Source: Acidobacteriota bacterium
Lineage (GTDB): Bacteria > Acidobacteriota > JAAYUB01
Direction of reading: 5' to 3'
NCBI GenBank assembly: GCA_016935015.1
Contig: JAFGRT010000004.1
Span: 1,985 to 65,984, forward strand
DNA: 64,000 nucleotides
Below, one piece after another: positions 20,322 through 31,990 of the stretch; positions within the stretch are counted from its first letter, which is position 1; the number at the start of each line of letters is the position of its first letter. The position numbers and the translations under genes are program-made. The notes below the pieces were generated by a model. The model ran no database searches, was not told where the DNA came from, and saw nothing but the letters and a program-made list of their open reading frames with translations.

Positions 20322-20720
20322 TTAATAGATCTGGCACAGAATCTCGCCGCCCAGACCGATCTGTTTCGCTCGCTGGGAGGTCATGATCCCCCGCGAAGTG
20401 GAGATGATGGCGATCCCCAGTCCGCCGAGAACCTCCGGTAATGCATCCTGACCGCGGTAGATCCGGCGCCCCGGTTTGCTCACCCGCTCGATCAGCTGCA
20501 TCACGGGCTCACCTTTGTCATCATACTTCAGGGCGATGTGAATTTCCTCAAACGAACCGGCCTTCTTGGTGATGAAATCCTCGATGTAGCCCTCTTCCTT
20601 CAGGATTTTCACAATCTCCAGGACCACGCGCGATTTGTTCAACACCACCAGGGAGTGTCGCGCCTTCAACGCATTGCGAATTCTGGTCAACGCATCAGAA
20701 ATAGTATCCGTAATAGTCAT
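20322..20720 (-). CDS. rpsH: 30S ribosomal protein S8
   Basis: MTITDTISDALTRIRNA... Confidence 0.95.
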   Translation of the reverse strand: MTITDTISDALTRIRNALKARHSLVVLNKSRVVLEIVKILKEEGYIEDFITKKAGSFEEIHIALKYDDKGEPVMQLIERVSKPGRRIYRGQDALPEVLGGLGIAIISTSRGIMTSQRAKQIGLGGEILCQIY

Positions 20721-20743
20721 TTCCCTACTCCATCTGGCAATGT

Positions 20744-20929
20744 TTACCAACTGGCCTTGATCACACCCGGAATTTCGCCTTCCAGGGCCAATTCACGAAA
20801 GCAAAGCCGGCAAAGCTCGAACTTGCGATAATAGGCCCGGGGGCGGCCACACCGTTTGCAACGGCTGTACTGACGCACCTTGAATTTCGGTTTGCGCAGT
20901 GATTTGACGATTAATGCTTTTTTAGCCAC
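20744..20929 (-). CDS. rpsN: 30S ribosomal protein S14 type Z (zinc-binding, 61 aa)
   Basis: CKRCGRP...CRLCFRE Cys4. GTG start with GAGGAG RBS. Confidence 0.95.
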   Translation of the reverse strand: MAKKALIVKSLRKPKFKVRQYSRCKRCGRPRAYYRKFELCRLCFRELALEGEIPGVIKASW

Positions 20930-20945
20930 CGTTACTCCTCACCTT

Positions 20946-21488
20946 TTAGTTTTTCGCGAAAGGCATGCCCAGCAAACGAAGCAGTTCCTTGGACTCCTCG
21001 TCCGTCCGGGCCGTGGTCACGATGGTGACGTTCATGCCGCGGGTGCTGTCCACCTTGCCGTACTCGATTTCGGGGAAGATCAGCTGGTCCTTGAGACCAA
21101 GGGTGAAATTCCCGCGACCGTCGAAGGAACGGGCGCTGACTCCGCGAAAATCGCGAACCCGCGGCATCGCGATGTTGACAAGCCGGTCAAAGAACTCGTA
21201 CATCCGCTCCCGCCGCAGAGTGACGCAACATCCGATGGGCATCCCCTTGCGCAGCTTGAAACTGGAAATGGGGCGTTTCGCCTTGGTCACGATGGGTTTC
21301 TGACCCGTGATGGCCGTCACTTCACTGACGGCATTGTCCATGACCTTGGGATTGCGGATGGCTTCACCCAGACCGACATTGATGACGATCTTGTCCAGCT
21401 TCGGCACCGCCATCACGTTTTTGTAGCCGAATTTCTTGACCAGTGCGTCGACGATCTCCGATTTATACAACTCTTTCAATCTGCTCAT
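20946..21488 (-). CDS. rplE: 50S ribosomal protein L5
   Basis: [13 protein letters not shown]... Confidence 0.95.
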   Translation of the reverse strand: MSRLKELYKSEIVDALVKKFGYKNVMAVPKLDKIVINVGLGEAIRNPKVMDNAVSEVTAITGQKPIVTKAKRPISSFKLRKGMPIGCCVTLRRERMYEFFDRLVNIAMPRVRDFRGVSARSFDGRGNFTLGLKDQLIFPEIEYGKVDSTRGMNVTIVTTARTDEESKELLRLLGMPFAKN

Positions 21489-21496
21489 TTCGTCAC

Positions 21497-21823
21497 CTAT
21501 TTATCGATATTTGCATCGCACTTCTTGCAAATCCGAACTTTGGTCCCGTCGGTCAGGATGGAGTGACCGATGCGGGTGGACTGTTTGCAGCTTGGACAAA
21601 CCACCATCAGCTTGGACACATGAATGGGGTTTTCCTTCTGGACGATGCCCCCCTGGATGTTTTTCTGGGGGTTCGGCCGCACGTGGGCATAGATCATGTT
21701 GATCTTTTCCACCAGGGCCCGCTGGGTGTCCGGATAGACGCGCAGCACCCGGCCGCTCTTGCCCTTGTCCTTGCCGGACAATACCTGAACCGTATCATTT
21801 CGTTTAATATGGATCTTCTGCAT
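21497..21823 (-). CDS. rplX: 50S ribosomal protein L24 with a C-terminal Cys4 (CxxC...CxxC) motif
   Basis: Start at [22 protein letters not shown]. The C-terminus reads [28 protein letters not shown]. Confidence 0.9.
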   Translation of the reverse strand: MQKIHIKRNDTVQVLSGKDKGKSGRVLRVYPDTQRALVEKINMIYAHVRPNPQKNIQGGIVQKENPIHVSKLMVVCPSCKQSTRIGHSILTDGTKVRICKKCDANIDK

Positions 21824-21842
21824 GGCGACGTTCCTCAAACCT

Positions 21843-22211
21843 CTATAGAACTTCCGGTGCGAGAGAAACAATTTTCATGAATTTCTTCTCGCGGAGTTCG
21901 CGTGCCACCGGCCCGAAAACTCGGGTTCCCACAGGCTCGCGCTGGTTGTTGATGATGACGGCCGCGTTCTCGTCAAAACGGATATACGTGCCGTCTTTTC
22001 GTCTGAATTCCTTACGGGTGCGAACGATCACTGCCTTGACCACCTGTCCCTTCTTGATAGTGCCGTCGGGACTGGCGACCTTCACGGTGGCGGAGATCAC
22101 ATCGCCCAACGATGCTCCGGTGGTGGAAGCCCCGCCCTGGGGAGTGATACACATGATTTCCTTGGCGCCGGAATTATCAGCCACTTTTAATCTGGTTTGC
22201 ATCTGAATCAT
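21843..22211 (-). CDS. rplN: 50S ribosomal protein L14
   Basis: [18 protein letters not shown]... Confidence 0.95.
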   Translation of the reverse strand: MIQMQTRLKVADNSGAKEIMCITPQGGASTTGASLGDVISATVKVASPDGTIKKGQVVKAVIVRTRKEFRRKDGTYIRFDENAAVIINNQREPVGTRVFGPVARELREKKFMKIVSLAPEVL

Positions 22212-22236
22212 GGCCCGAGCTCCTTACCTTTTTAAA

Positions 22237-22506
22237 TTACTTCGCCTTGCGCAGGATTTCCACTACGCGCCACCGTTTCTGCTTGCTCAGGGGACGGCAC
22301 TCCATGATCCGGACCTGATCACCCACCCGACAGGCATTACTCTCGTCGTGGGCCATGAATTTTTTGGTGCGGCGGATAATCTTCTTGTACATGGGATGCA
22401 GGACGAAACGATCCACCTTGACGACCACCGTCTTGTTCATGGCATCGCTGCTGACGGTCCCCACCTTTGTGGCTTTGTGTCTGGTTTCTTGCGTCACGTT
22501 TTCCAT
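22237..22506 (-). CDS. rpsQ: 30S ribosomal protein S17
   Basis: [23 protein letters not shown]... Confidence 0.95.
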   Translation of the reverse strand: MENVTQETRHKATKVGTVSSDAMNKTVVVKVDRFVLHPMYKKIIRRTKKFMAHDESNACRVGDQVRIMECRPLSKQKRWRVVEILRKAK

Positions 22507-22521
22507 AGCTCTATTCCATTC

Positions 22522-22722
22522 CTAGCGGATATTCAATTCTTTCTCACGGATGACCGTTTTCACCTTGGCCAGATCGCGCTTTGCCAGGCGCAACACCTGG
22601 GTGTTGGTCAGCTGACCGGTGGCCAGTTCCATCCGATACTTGAATAGCTGATGCGCCAAGGATTTCTCCTGTTCCCGCAATTCATCGATGCCTTTTTCCC
22701 GCAAATCACTGGCCTTGATCAT
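22522..22722 (-). CDS. rpmC: 50S ribosomal protein L29
   Basis: MIKASDLREKGIDELRE... Confidence 0.95.
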   Translation of the reverse strand: MIKASDLREKGIDELREQEKSLAHQLFKYRMELATGQLTNTQVLRLAKRDLAKVKTVIREKELNIR

Positions 22723-22724
22723 GG

Positions 22725-23138
22725 CTATTCTCCATACCGTTTCACAAATTTGGTTTTGATGGGCAGCTTGTGGGCGGCCAGCCGAAAGGCTTCCTGCGCC
22801 ACATCTTCCTTAACCCCTTCGATTTCATAGAGGATGCGTCCCGGCCGCACGACGGCCACCCAACCCTCGGGTGAGCCCTTGCCCTTGCCCATCCGGGTTT
22901 CGGCCGGCTTCTTGGTAACGGGCTTGTCCGGAAAAACCCGGATCCAGATCTTGCCACCGCGTTTCACGTGACGGGTCATGGCAATACGGGCAGCCTCAAT
23001 CTGACGGTCGGTAATCCAGCCCTGCTCCATGGCCTTGAGACCGAAGTCGCCGAACGCCACATAGTTGCCTCGCTGGGCGTTGCCCTTCATGCGGCCTTTC
23101 TGCTGTTTTCTGTATTTAACCTTCTTTGGCTGTAACAT
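22725..23138 (-). CDS. rplP: 50S ribosomal protein L16
   Basis: [19 protein letters not shown]... Confidence 0.95.
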   Translation of the reverse strand: MLQPKKVKYRKQQKGRMKGNAQRGNYVAFGDFGLKAMEQGWITDRQIEAARIAMTRHVKRGGKIWIRVFPDKPVTKKPAETRMGKGKGSPEGWVAVVRPGRILYEIEGVKEDVAQEAFRLAAHKLPIKTKFVKRYGE

Positions 23139-23141
23139 GAT

Positions 23142-23795
23142 TTATTGCTCCACTGCTTTTAATCGGTCCTTCTTCAGCAATTCGCCTTTGTAAATCCAGA
23201 CCTTGACCCCGATCACGCCGTAGGTGGTGTACGCCTGGGCAAATCCGTAATCGATATCGGCCTTCAGGGTGTGCAGGGGCAACTGGCCCATCAGATACCA
23301 TTCGGAACGGGCGATTTCCACCCCGTTCAACCGGCCGGAACAGCGGATCTTGACACCTTTGGCGCCGTTTTTCAGCGCCGTGTCCACGGCCCGCTTCATG
23401 GCCCGGCGGAAGGCAATCCGCTTCTCCAGTTGCAGGCAGATCCCTTCGCCTACCAGCTGGGCGTCGATCTCAGGATTCTTGACCTCGATGGCCTTGATAT
23501 CCACGTCGCGGCCGGTGGTCTGGCTCAGCTCGCTGCGCAGCTTCTCGATATCCTTCCCCTTCTTGCCAATAAGGATTCCGGGGCGGGCGGCATAGATGAA
23601 CACCCTCAGCTTGTCGGCGGCGCGTTCGATCTCGATGCGGCTGATACCGGAGCGGTAAAACCGCATCTTCAGCGCTTTCTTGATTTTCAAGTCCTCGTTG
23701 AGCAGTTTGCCGAAGCTCTTTTTTTCGTACCAACGGGACTTCCAGGTCTTGTTATATCCCAACCGGAATCCGTACGGATGTACTTTCTGACCCAA
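23142..23795 (-). CDS. rpsC: 30S ribosomal protein S3
   Basis: (M)[12 protein letters not shown]... read from a TTG start, with AGGAGG 8 nt upstream. The long N-terminal ORF extension is rejected. Confidence 0.9.
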   Translation of the reverse strand: MGQKVHPYGFRLGYNKTWKSRWYEKKSFGKLLNEDLKIKKALKMRFYRSGISRIEIERAADKLRVFIYAARPGILIGKKGKDIEKLRSELSQTTGRDVDIKAIEVKNPEIDAQLVGEGICLQLEKRIAFRRAMKRAVDTALKNGAKGVKIRCSGRLNGVEIARSEWYLMGQLPLHTLKADIDYGFAQAYTTYGVIGVKVWIYKGELLKKDRLKAVEQ

Positions 23796-23806
23796 GATCC
23801 TACCTC

Positions 23807-24154
23807 CTACTCGCTGAAATCGGATACATAAACAGTGATGTGGCAGCCGTGCCGGCGCTCTCGATAGGCACGGCCCATGGGCGCCGGACGAATTCGGCGG
23901 CGCCACTTGGTGGGGCCGAGATCCACGAAGGCTCTGGAGACGAACAGATCGTCCAGGCTCACCGATTCATCGGCATATTCCACGTTGGCGATGGCGGATT
24001 TCAGGACTTTCTCCACATCCTTGGCTGCTTTCTTTCGCGAGAAGCGCAGCAGATTCAGGGCATCCTCCACTTGGAGGCCCCGGATCTGGTCAATCACCAG
24101 CCTCGCCTTGCGGGGTGACCCTTTAAAGTATTTGCCTACTGCTCTTTTTTCCAT
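23807..24154 (-). CDS. rplV: 50S ribosomal protein L22
   Basis: [20 protein letters not shown]... Confidence 0.95.
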   Translation of the reverse strand: MEKRAVGKYFKGSPRKARLVIDQIRGLQVEDALNLLRFSRKKAAKDVEKVLKSAIANVEYADESVSLDDLFVSRAFVDLGPTKWRRRIRPAPMGRAYRERRHGCHITVYVSDFSE

Positions 24155-24178
24155 GGTTCAATTCCTCTTGAGCCTGCG

Positions 24179-24463
24179 TTATTTCCGGGCCATCTTCTTT
24201 GACGCTTTGGACGTGTGGCCCTTGAAGAAGCGGGTGGGGGCAAACTCACCCAACTTGTGGCCCACCATATTCTCCGTCACATAGACAGGAATGAACTTCT
24301 TGCCGTTGTGAACCGCAATCGTCTGGCCCACCATTTCCGGTACGATCGTGGAACGACGGGACCAGGTCTTGATCACCTGCTTCTTCTCCTGATCCATATT
24401 GGCCAATACCTTTTTCAAAAGGTGATCGTCAATAAAAGGTCCTTTTTTGATTGACCGTGACAT
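24179..24463 (-). CDS. rpsS: 30S ribosomal protein S19
   Basis: [19 protein letters not shown]... Confidence 0.95.
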   Translation of the reverse strand: MSRSIKKGPFIDDHLLKKVLANMDQEKKQVIKTWSRRSTIVPEMVGQTIAVHNGKKFIPVYVTENMVGHKLGEFAPTRFFKGHTSKASKKMARK

Positions 24464-24479
24464 GCCTGGCTCCTCCTAC

Positions 24480-25301
24480 TTACTTTCGCCGGCGGATAAT
24501 GTACTTGCCGGTGTCTTTGTTGCTTCGAGTCTTGAAGCCCTTGGTGGGCACACCCCAGGGGGACACCGGATGGCGACCGCCGCTGGTCCGGCCCTCGCCG
24601 CCGCCGTGCGGGTGATCGATGGGATTCATGGCGACACCGCGCACCGTGGGCCGCACACCCAGCCAGCGCTTTCGGCCGGCCTTGCCTACGTTGATGTTGC
24701 CGTGGTCCTGGTTGCCGACCTGACCCATGGTGGCCCGGCATTCCAGCAGAATCTTGCGCAGCTCGCCGCTGGGCAGCCGGACAACGGCATATTTGCCTTC
24801 CTTGGCCAGGAGCTGGGCTGCCGTGCCGGCACTGCGCACCAGCTGGCCGCCCTTGCCGGGTCGCAACTCCAGGTTGTGCACAAAGGAACCGAGGGGGATC
24901 TTGTGCATCGGCAGGCAGTTGCCCACCTGAATATCGGCGTTGACCCCGCTCATCACCGTATCGTCCACCTTCAGCCCTTCGGGAGCCAGGATATAGTTCT
25001 TGGCGCCGTTGGCATAATGCAAACGGGCAATGTTGGCGGAGCGGTTGGGATCATATTCGATGGCCGCCACCCGGGCTGGGACGTCATCCATCCGGCGCTT
25101 GAAATCGATGACCCGGTACTGCTGCTTGTGCCCGCCGCCACGATGACGCACCGCCACGCGCCCCTGGTTGTTCCGGCCGCTGCACCGCTTCTTCGGCTCC
25201 AGTTCGGATTTCAGCGGCTTGATGTCCGTCAGCTCGCTGTAATCCAGTGTCGTATACTGTCTTCGACTCGGTGTTACGGGTTTATGCGTTTTGATGCCCA
25301 T
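24480..25301 (-). CDS. rplB: 50S ribosomal protein L2
   Basis: [14 protein letters not shown]...GGGHKQ... Confidence 0.95.
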   Translation of the reverse strand: MGIKTHKPVTPSRRQYTTLDYSELTDIKPLKSELEPKKRCSGRNNQGRVAVRHRGGGHKQQYRVIDFKRRMDDVPARVAAIEYDPNRSANIARLHYANGAKNYILAPEGLKVDDTVMSGVNADIQVGNCLPMHKIPLGSFVHNLELRPGKGGQLVRSAGTAAQLLAKEGKYAVVRLPSGELRKILLECRATMGQVGNQDHGNINVGKAGRKRWLGVRPTVRGVAMNPIDHPHGGGEGRTSGGRHPVSPWGVPTKGFKTRSNKDTGKYIIRRRK

Positions 25302-25327
25302 TTGAAACTCATCCTAATTGGTTATAT

Positions 25328-25621
25328 TTAGAGATTCTCGAAATACTCGATCATCTTTTCGCCTTTTTTGATCTTGACCATGGCTTTCTTGTAGCCAGGC
25401 TTCCGACCTTCATAGCGCCCCATACGCCGCTTCTTGTGGGGCACATGGATAATGCGCACGGAGTCCACTTTCACTTCGAAGATTTTTTCCACCGCCTCGC
25501 GGATGGAGGGTTTGTTGGCGTCCTGATGAACCCGGAAGGAAATGTACCCGCCTTCCTCCTTCAGCTTGAGGGCTTTTTCCGTCAAGTGTGGCTTTCGCAG
25601 AATCTGATAGATGTCTTTCAT
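25328..25621 (-). CDS. rplW: 50S ribosomal protein L23
   Basis: Position in the S10 operon, plus sequence. Confidence 0.9.
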   Translation of the reverse strand: MKDIYQILRKPHLTEKALKLKEEGGYISFRVHQDANKPSIREAVEKIFEVKVDSVRIIHVPHKKRRMGRYEGRKPGYKKAMVKIKKGEKMIEYFENL

Positions 25622-26244
25622 TTTCGCAATACCTCCTGCAGCTGAAGAATGGCGCCACGGGTAAACAGGATCTGATCGTAATTGAGCACGTCGTAGATGT
25701 TGACTCCGCTTTCCGGCACAAACTTCACCCGGGGCAGGTTCCGGGAAGAGAGGACGGCGTTGGTGTTGGCCGGATTGTCCACCACCAGCAGCTTCCGCTC
25801 CAGACCCAGACCGTCCACGAGCTTGACAAACTCCTTGGTCTTGTGAGTCGGCAGCTCCAGGCTGTCCACCACCAGGATCTGGTCCTGGCGGATTTTTTCG
25901 GAGAGGGCCGAGCGCAGGGCACCGACCCGTTTCTTGCGCGGAAAGCGATAGGAATAGTCACGCGGTTTCGGGCCGAAAATGGTTCCGCCATGTCGCCACA
26001 GCGGCGAGCGAATACCACCCACCCGGGCTCGGCCCGTGCCCTTCTGCCGCCAGAGCTTTCGGGTGGATCCCCGGACTTCCGTGCGGGTCTTGGTGGAGTG
26101 CGTACCCCGCCGCGCCACGGCCATATAATGACGAACCGCTTCCCAGATCAACGTCTCCCTGAGTTCCACGCCGAACACGCTGTCCTCGAGCTCCAGCTGG
26201 CCCACGATTTCGTTTTGTAAATTCTTGACATCCAATACTGGCAT
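25618..26244 (-). CDS. rplD: 50S ribosomal protein L4
   Basis: MPVLDVKNLQNEIVG... Confidence 0.95.
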   Translation of the reverse strand: MPVLDVKNLQNEIVGQLELEDSVFGVELRETLIWEAVRHYMAVARRGTHSTKTRTEVRGSTRKLWRQKGTGRARVGGIRSPLWRHGGTIFGPKPRDYSYRFPRKKRVGALRSALSEKIRQDQILVVDSLELPTHKTKEFVKLVDGLGLERKLLVVDNPANTNAVLSSRNLPRVKFVPESGVNIYDVLNYDQILFTRGAILQLQEVLRK

Positions 26245-26265
26245 CTTCCTACCCCGTTCAGAGTT

Positions 26266-26883
26266 TTATTTCTTTCTGATGAGAACGTAGCTCCCGTTAT
26301 GTCCGGGAACCGCACCTTTTACCAGCAATACATTCTTGTCCGGCATGATCTTGACCACTTCCAGGTTGCGGACGGTCACCTGCCGGAAACCGGTATGGCC
26401 GGGCATGCCCATTCCCTTGATGACCCGGGAGGGGTAGGCCGATGCGCCGATGGACCCCGGCGCCCGATGAAACATGGAACCGTGGGAGGCTCGGCCGCCA
26501 TGGGCTCCGTGTCGCTTGATCACGCCCTGGAAGCCCTTCCCCTTGCTTTTGCCGGTCACGTTCACTTTTTCGTTCACCTGAAAAACGGCGTCGGCGCGGA
26601 TTTCCTGGCCGACCTCGATCTCGTCCATGGCGACCAGTGCTTTGAATTCCCGCAGTATACGGCTGGGCGCCACCTGGGCCCGCTGAAAATGGCCACGCAA
26701 GGGCCGGGTCACATTCTTGGCCGCTGACGATTCGACCAAACCGACCTGGACGGCTTCGTAACCCTCACGGGCGATGGTTTTCTTCTGAACCACAACACAA
26801 GGCCCGACCTCTATGGCCGTCACGGGAACGACAACACCATCTTCCCGGAAAATCTGGGTCATGCCTATTTTCTTTCCAATCAT
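26266..26883 (-). CDS. rplC: 50S ribosomal protein L3
   Basis: Start at [16 protein letters not shown]. Confidence 0.95.
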   Translation of the reverse strand: MIGKKIGMTQIFREDGVVVPVTAIEVGPCVVVQKKTIAREGYEAVQVGLVESSAAKNVTRPLRGHFQRAQVAPSRILREFKALVAMDEIEVGQEIRADAVFQVNEKVNVTGKSKGKGFQGVIKRHGAHGGRASHGSMFHRAPGSIGASAYPSRVIKGMGMPGHTGFRQVTVRNLEVVKIMPDKNVLLVKGAVPGHNGSYVLIRKK

Positions 26884-26915
26884 TCCCTCAACCATCGGTC
26901 GCTCCACAATTGAAT

Positions 26916-27242
26916 TTATTTATGCTCGGCGCCAAAGGCTTTGATTTCGACATCGATGGCCGCCGGCAGGTCCATCTTCATGAGCTGATCCAGGGTGTCC
27001 GGCGTCGGCTCCAGAATGTCGATCAAGCGCTTGTGGGTGCGGATCTCAAACTGCTCGCGCGATTTTTTGTCCACATGGGGTGAACGGTTGACCGTAAACC
27101 GGTTGATCGTCGTGGGCAGCGGAATGGGTCCGGAGACCTTCGCCCCGGTCCGCAACGCGATGTCGACGATCTCCGTGGTCGACTGATCGAGAACCCGATA
27201 GTCATAAGCCTTCAAACGAATTCTGATAATTTCATCAATCAT
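26916..27242 (-). CDS. rpsJ: 30S ribosomal protein S10
   Basis: [17 protein letters not shown]... Confidence 0.95.
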   Translation of the reverse strand: MIDEIIRIRLKAYDYRVLDQSTTEIVDIALRTGAKVSGPIPLPTTINRFTVNRSPHVDKKSREQFEIRTHKRLIDILEPTPDTLDQLMKMDLPAAIDVEIKAFGAEHK

Positions 27243-27492
27243 AGTTCACCAAAACCACAATTTTAGTTTCGATTGTAAGAAGTCGGACCGAATCTCAACA
27301 TCGACTCACCGGCGGCGCACGGCCGGCTTGGAAACCTCACCCTCGTGTTGTGCCTGGGCAGGGAATATACTGGCGAGCGATGCCTTTTTCTAAGATCCGG
27401 TATTCAACTTATCAGGTCCGGCAGTGGAACCAGGGAGGTTCTTACCCGACCTATAGCGTTTCGACGACATTCGTCGTACCGAGAGCTTGAGT

Positions 27493-27520
27493 ATTATATC
27501 GGTGAAAACCAATAAATCAA
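27493..27520 (-). promoter_or_regulatory. Near-consensus sigma70 promoter of the S10 operon, giving a roughly 240-nt leader
   Basis: Minus strand reads TTGATT, a 16-nt spacer, then TATAAT. Confidence 0.55.
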
Positions 27521-27625
27521 GTTTTTTCTTGCATTATTTTCAAAAAAACATACCCCCGGAACCGGCGTCCGGCGGCGACGCAATCCGTCACTCCCTGCGG
27601 GGGCAGCCGGCGGTCCGACCTATGG

Positions 27626-29704
27626 TCAGGCGTTGGCCTCGCCGCGGATGATAGACTCGGCCAGCTGCTGGGGCACCGGCTCGTATTGGCTGAAATGCAT
27701 GGAGTAACTGGCCCGTCCCTGGGTCAGGGAGCGAAGATCCGTAGCGTAACCGAACATTTCCACCAGCGGCACCAGCGCGCTGATCACCTGCGTGCTGCCC
27801 CGGTGGTCCAGGTTGGAGATCTTGCCCCGCCGGGCGTTGAGGTTGCCGATGACGTCGCCCATGTATTCCTCGGGCGTGACGATCTCCACTTTCATGACCG
27901 GCTCCAGCAGGATGGGCCCTGCCTTGCGGGCGCCGTTCTTGAACGCCATGGATCCGGCGATGCGGAAGGCGATCTCCGAAGAATCCACTTCGTGGTACGA
28001 GCCGTCGTGGAGTACCGCCCGCAGGTCGATCATCTCGTAACCGGCCAGAACGCCCAGTTCCATGGCCTCGGTGATGCCCCGCTTGACTGCCGGGATGTAG
28101 TCCTTGGGGATGACGCCGCCGACGATCTGGTTGTCGAATACAAACCCGCTGCCCGGCGCCAGCGGCTCCAGTTGCAGCTTGACATGGCCGAACTGGCCGC
28201 GGCCGCCCGTCTGCCGGACAAAGCGACCCTCAGCCGCCACCGCCTTGGTGATGGTCTCGCGGTAGGCCACCTGCGGCTTGCCCACCCGGGCATTGACCTT
28301 GAACTCGCGGAGAAGGCGGTCGGTGATGATTTCCAGATGGAGCTCGCCCATGCCGGAAATGATGGTCTGCCCCGTTTCTTCGTCCACCCGGACCCGAAAG
28401 GTCGGGTCCTCGGCCGACAACTTGTTGAGGGAGATGCCGAGCTTGTCGATATCGGCCTGGGTGTTGGGCTCAATGGCCACGGAGATGACGGGGGCCGGGA
28501 AATCTATGGATTCCAGCAGAACGGGATACGTGCGGTCACAGATGGTGTCACCGGTCTTAACGCTCTTCAAGCCGACGACGGCGGCGATGTCGCCGGCCCA
28601 CAGTTCCTGGATGTCTTCCCGTTTGTTGGCATGCATCTTGAGCAGACGACCGATCCGTTCCGATTTGCGCTGAGAGGAATTGTACACGGTGGAGCCGGAT
28701 TTGAGTCCCCCGCTGTAAACGCGGATGAACGCCAGCGCGCCCACATACGGATCCGTCATGATCTTGAACACCAGCGCACTGAAGGGCTCATCGTCATTGG
28801 CACGGCGCACCAGGACGCCCTCTTCACCGTCGGTGCCCTCCACCGCTGGGATATCCAGCGGTGAGGGCAGGTACTCGACGATGGCATCGAGCAGCGGCTG
28901 GACGCCCTTGTTCTTGAAGGCCGCGCCGCAAAAAACCGGCGTGAAGCGCAGGTTGACGGTCCCCTCCCGCACACAGCGCCGGATCTCATCCACGGACAGA
29001 GGCTTGCCCTCGAGATACTTCTCCATCATGTGATCGTCCACGTCCACGACGGTCTCCAGCATCCGGTCGTGAAAGCTTTCCGCCTCGTCCCGGTATTCGG
29101 CCGGAATTTCCTGTATCTGGTAGCGGGCGCCGAGATGCTCTTCCTCGTATATGAGCGCTTTCATGGTGACCAGGTCGATGACACCACGGAACCCGTCCTC
29201 ACTCCCCAAGGGCAGCTGCAGGGCCACGGGCACCGTGTTCAGTCGGGCGCGCATCATGGCCAGGCAGTTGACGAAATCGGCACCGGGTCGATCCATCTTG
29301 TTGATGAAGGCGATGCGCGGCACACGGTAGCGGTCGGCCTGGCGCCACACCGTCTCCGACTGGGGCTCCACGCCGCCCACGGCACAGAACACAGCCACGG
29401 CACCGTCCAGTACCCGCAGCGAACGTTCCACCTCCGCCGTGAAATCCACGTGACCCGGCGTGTCGATGATGTTGATGCGATGGTCCTGCCAGAAACAGGT
29501 CGTCGCCGCCGAGGTGATGGTAATGCCCCGCTCCTGTTCCTGGATCATCCAGTCCATCGTGGCGGTCCCTTCATGGACCTCGCCCATACGATGTGTGATG
29601 CCGGTATAAAACAGAACCCGTTCGGTGGTGGTGGTTTTACCGGCGTCGATATGGGCCATGATGCCGATATTGCGATTTCTCTCCAGAGGTACGATTCTGC
29701 CCAC
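27626..29704 (-). CDS. fusA: Elongation factor G
   Basis: [18 protein letters not shown]... GTG start with GAGGAG RBS. Confidence 0.97.
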   Translation of the reverse strand: MGRIVPLERNRNIGIMAHIDAGKTTTTERVLFYTGITHRMGEVHEGTATMDWMIQEQERGITITSAATTCFWQDHRINIIDTPGHVDFTAEVERSLRVLDGAVAVFCAVGGVEPQSETVWRQADRYRVPRIAFINKMDRPGADFVNCLAMMRARLNTVPVALQLPLGSEDGFRGVIDLVTMKALIYEEEHLGARYQIQEIPAEYRDEAESFHDRMLETVVDVDDHMMEKYLEGKPLSVDEIRRCVREGTVNLRFTPVFCGAAFKNKGVQPLLDAIVEYLPSPLDIPAVEGTDGEEGVLVRRANDDEPFSALVFKIMTDPYVGALAFIRVYSGGLKSGSTVYNSSQRKSERIGRLLKMHANKREDIQELWAGDIAAVVGLKSVKTGDTICDRTYPVLLESIDFPAPVISVAIEPNTQADIDKLGISLNKLSAEDPTFRVRVDEETGQTIISGMGELHLEIITDRLLREFKVNARVGKPQVAYRETITKAVAAEGRFVRQTGGRGQFGHVKLQLEPLAPGSGFVFDNQIVGGVIPKDYIPAVKRGITEAMELGVLAGYEMIDLRAVLHDGSYHEVDSSEIAFRIAGSMAFKNGARKAGPILLEPVMKVEIVTPEEYMGDVIGNLNARRGKISNLDHRGSTQVISALVPLVEMFGYATDLRSLTQGRASYSMHFSQYEPVPQQLAESIIRGEANA

Positions 29705-29857
29705 GGTGTGCTCCTCAGTGATCCAACTCGACGATATAACCGGTCACCCGGACCGCCGCCTGATCCGCCGCTGTGCGGCAGGGCGTATTTCGCCGGCCGT
29801 CCCTTGCTTGCCGGGATTCGCCAAAAGAAAGCCCACAAAGATCAGGTGTTGGTTAGA

Positions 29858-29894
29858 CTAAAAAATCACAGCCCGGATTCTCCGGACTGTGATT
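29858..29894 (-). terminator. Strong hairpin plus U-run between rpsG and fusA (internal terminator or attenuator)
   Basis: AATCACAG...CCGGA-ttc-TCCGG...CTGTGATT interrupted 13-bp stem. On the minus strand it is followed by TTTTTA. Confidence 0.5.
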
Positions 29895-29926
29895 TCGAAA
29901 TCAGGGGTATGAAAAAACAGGTGGCG

Positions 29927-30397
<471 letters not shown>

Positions 30398-30420
30398 TGG
30401 ATTCTCCGCAGATCTAAACG

Positions 30421-30795
30421 TTATTTTTTGGGCCGCTTGGTCCCGTATTTGGACCGGGAGTTACCCCGGTTGTCCACGCCGCCGCAATCCAGCGTGCCGC
30501 GGACGATATGATAGCGCACGCCCGGCAGGTCTTTCACACGACCGCCGCGCACCAGCACGATATTATGTTCCTGCAGTGTGTGCCCTTCACCTGGAATGTA
30601 GGTGGTGACCTCGATTCCGTTCGTCAACCGGACACGAGCCACCTTTCGCAGCGCCGAATTCGGCTTCTTGGGCGTCGTGGTGTATACGCGCGTACAAACA
30701 CCCCGCCGCTGCGGACATTCCAGCAGGGCCGGCGACTTGGTCTTCGCCTTCTGCAATTTTCGACTTTTCCGAACCAACTGGTTAATCGTAGGCAC
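30421..30795 (-). CDS. rpsL: 30S ribosomal protein S12
   Basis: (M)[12 protein letters not shown]... read from a GTG start, with AAGGAG upstream. The ORF-track N-terminal extension is rejected. Confidence 0.95.
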   Translation of the reverse strand: MPTINQLVRKSRKLQKAKTKSPALLECPQRRGVCTRVYTTTPKKPNSALRKVARVRLTNGIEVTTYIPGEGHTLQEHNIVLVRGGRVKDLPGVRYHIVRGTLDCGGVDNRGNSRSKYGTKRPKK

Positions 30796-30949
30796 GTCCT
30801 TCTCCTTGCCGCTAATTTTCACCTTCCGGAAAGCACACCCGTGCCTCCGAAGCTCCGGCACTATAGCAAAAGCACCCCGGACTGTCAAGTCCCTTTGCGA
30901 TAAAACAAACCGCCACCGGCGATGTTTCTCTATCGTCGCGGCGCGGAAT

Positions 30950-30978
30950 TAAATACTCCATCGCCGTATATTTGTCAA
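30950..30978 (-). promoter_or_regulatory. Sigma70 promoter of the str operon
   Basis: Minus strand reads TTGACA, a 17-nt spacer, then TATTTA. Confidence 0.5.
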
Positions 30979-31057
30979 GCTTTTTCCATTGGCAAACCCA
31001 CCATTCGGCATGGATAACGGCGATCGCGGCCGACAGAGAAACAATCGGCCGCGGTCT

Positions 31058-31870
31058 TCAGGCGCCTGTCCCGAACATAATGATGACGAATTCCAGACCC
31101 TCGTCGGCATCGGTCCAGATCTGATGCACCATCCCGGCCGGCACGAAAAGCGTCAGCCCCTCCTCCAGCAGCATGATTCGATCGCCCAACCGACCTGTCC
31201 CGCGGCCGCGGGTAAAGATCAGGAGGGTGGAAAAAGGATTGGTGGCGTCAGCCGGATCGCGATTGATCATCATGCCCGGAGTGACCTTATACCAGGCTGT
31301 GCGCAGGCCCAAATCATAGTACAGAGGGACGGCGTTCCCGCCGTGCACCCGGCGGCTGTGGTCCTCGCCGAAACGCAGTACCTCCGGCACTCCCGGGGTG
31401 AAAAAATGAAAACCGAGGGGCAGTGCCACCCGCGGCAGAAAGTCGGGTGGAGGCGCAAAACCTTCCATCAGAGCAAGATCCAAGGGCGCCGGATCGGACA
31501 TGCGGGCCCGGCCGCCGGCGGTCAAAAAATTCCATTGCCCGCGGCAGATTTTGTCCAATGTCTCCGCGTCCATGGTGAAAAAGAATGAGGGCTCCCCGGG
31601 AAAACCCGGGCGAATCGTTACTTTTTCGGCGGCGACCGGATCGATGCGGACGCACCATCTGCCGCCGCCGGGCCCGGTAATCTCGACGCCGAAGGAGAGA
31701 GCCGCCGCCGGCAGTACGTCATGGGCGGCATAATCCTTCGCCAGTTCTTCGAGCATCCGGACGGATTCCTTCGTTTCCGCCGCCGATGCAGCCACGGTCA
31801 GGCCGGCCAATCCGACACAAAACAACAGCCGCCAACCTCCTTTGCCAAAAACCATTCCTCCTCCATGCAC
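31058..31870 (-). CDS. Secreted protein with an N-terminal SCP2-like domain and a C-terminal cupin domain
   Basis: Signal peptide. SCP2-like segment (GRWCVRIDP...FFFTMDAETLDKI). Cupin-like segment (LLIFTRGRGTGRLGD...VPAGMVHQIWTD). Start uncertain between M1 and M6. Confidence 0.5.
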   Translation of the reverse strand: MHGGGMVFGKGGWRLLFCVGLAGLTVAASAAETKESVRMLEELAKDYAAHDVLPAAALSFGVEITGPGGGRWCVRIDPVAAEKVTIRPGFPGEPSFFFTMDAETLDKICRGQWNFLTAGGRARMSDPAPLDLALMEGFAPPPDFLPRVALPLGFHFFTPGVPEVLRFGEDHSRRVHGGNAVPLYYDLGLRTAWYKVTPGMMINRDPADATNPFSTLLIFTRGRGTGRLGDRIMLLEEGLTLFVPAGMVHQIWTDADEGLEFVIIMFGTGA

Positions 31871-31990
31871 CGGTCTTGATGGCTGCGGACCCTTTCCACT
31901 GCAGCGCTCATACGTCCCGCCCGCTTATTACCCCCCCCATTTCCGGTCAGGGGCTTCGAGCCTCATCCGGCGCCGAATGATCGGCACCAC

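Noticed and set aside
27686-28864. 392-aa ORF on the + strand (similar ones at 29030..30283, 41639..43687, 33457..35553, 4893..6065, 3262..4266, 56413..57609)
   Set aside because: All lie antisense to well-supported genes (fusA, maeB, the mmd operon, the cytochrome gene, murA). Their products are low-complexity His/Arg/Gly-rich translations. Long antisense ORFs are expected in a 60-65% GC genome.
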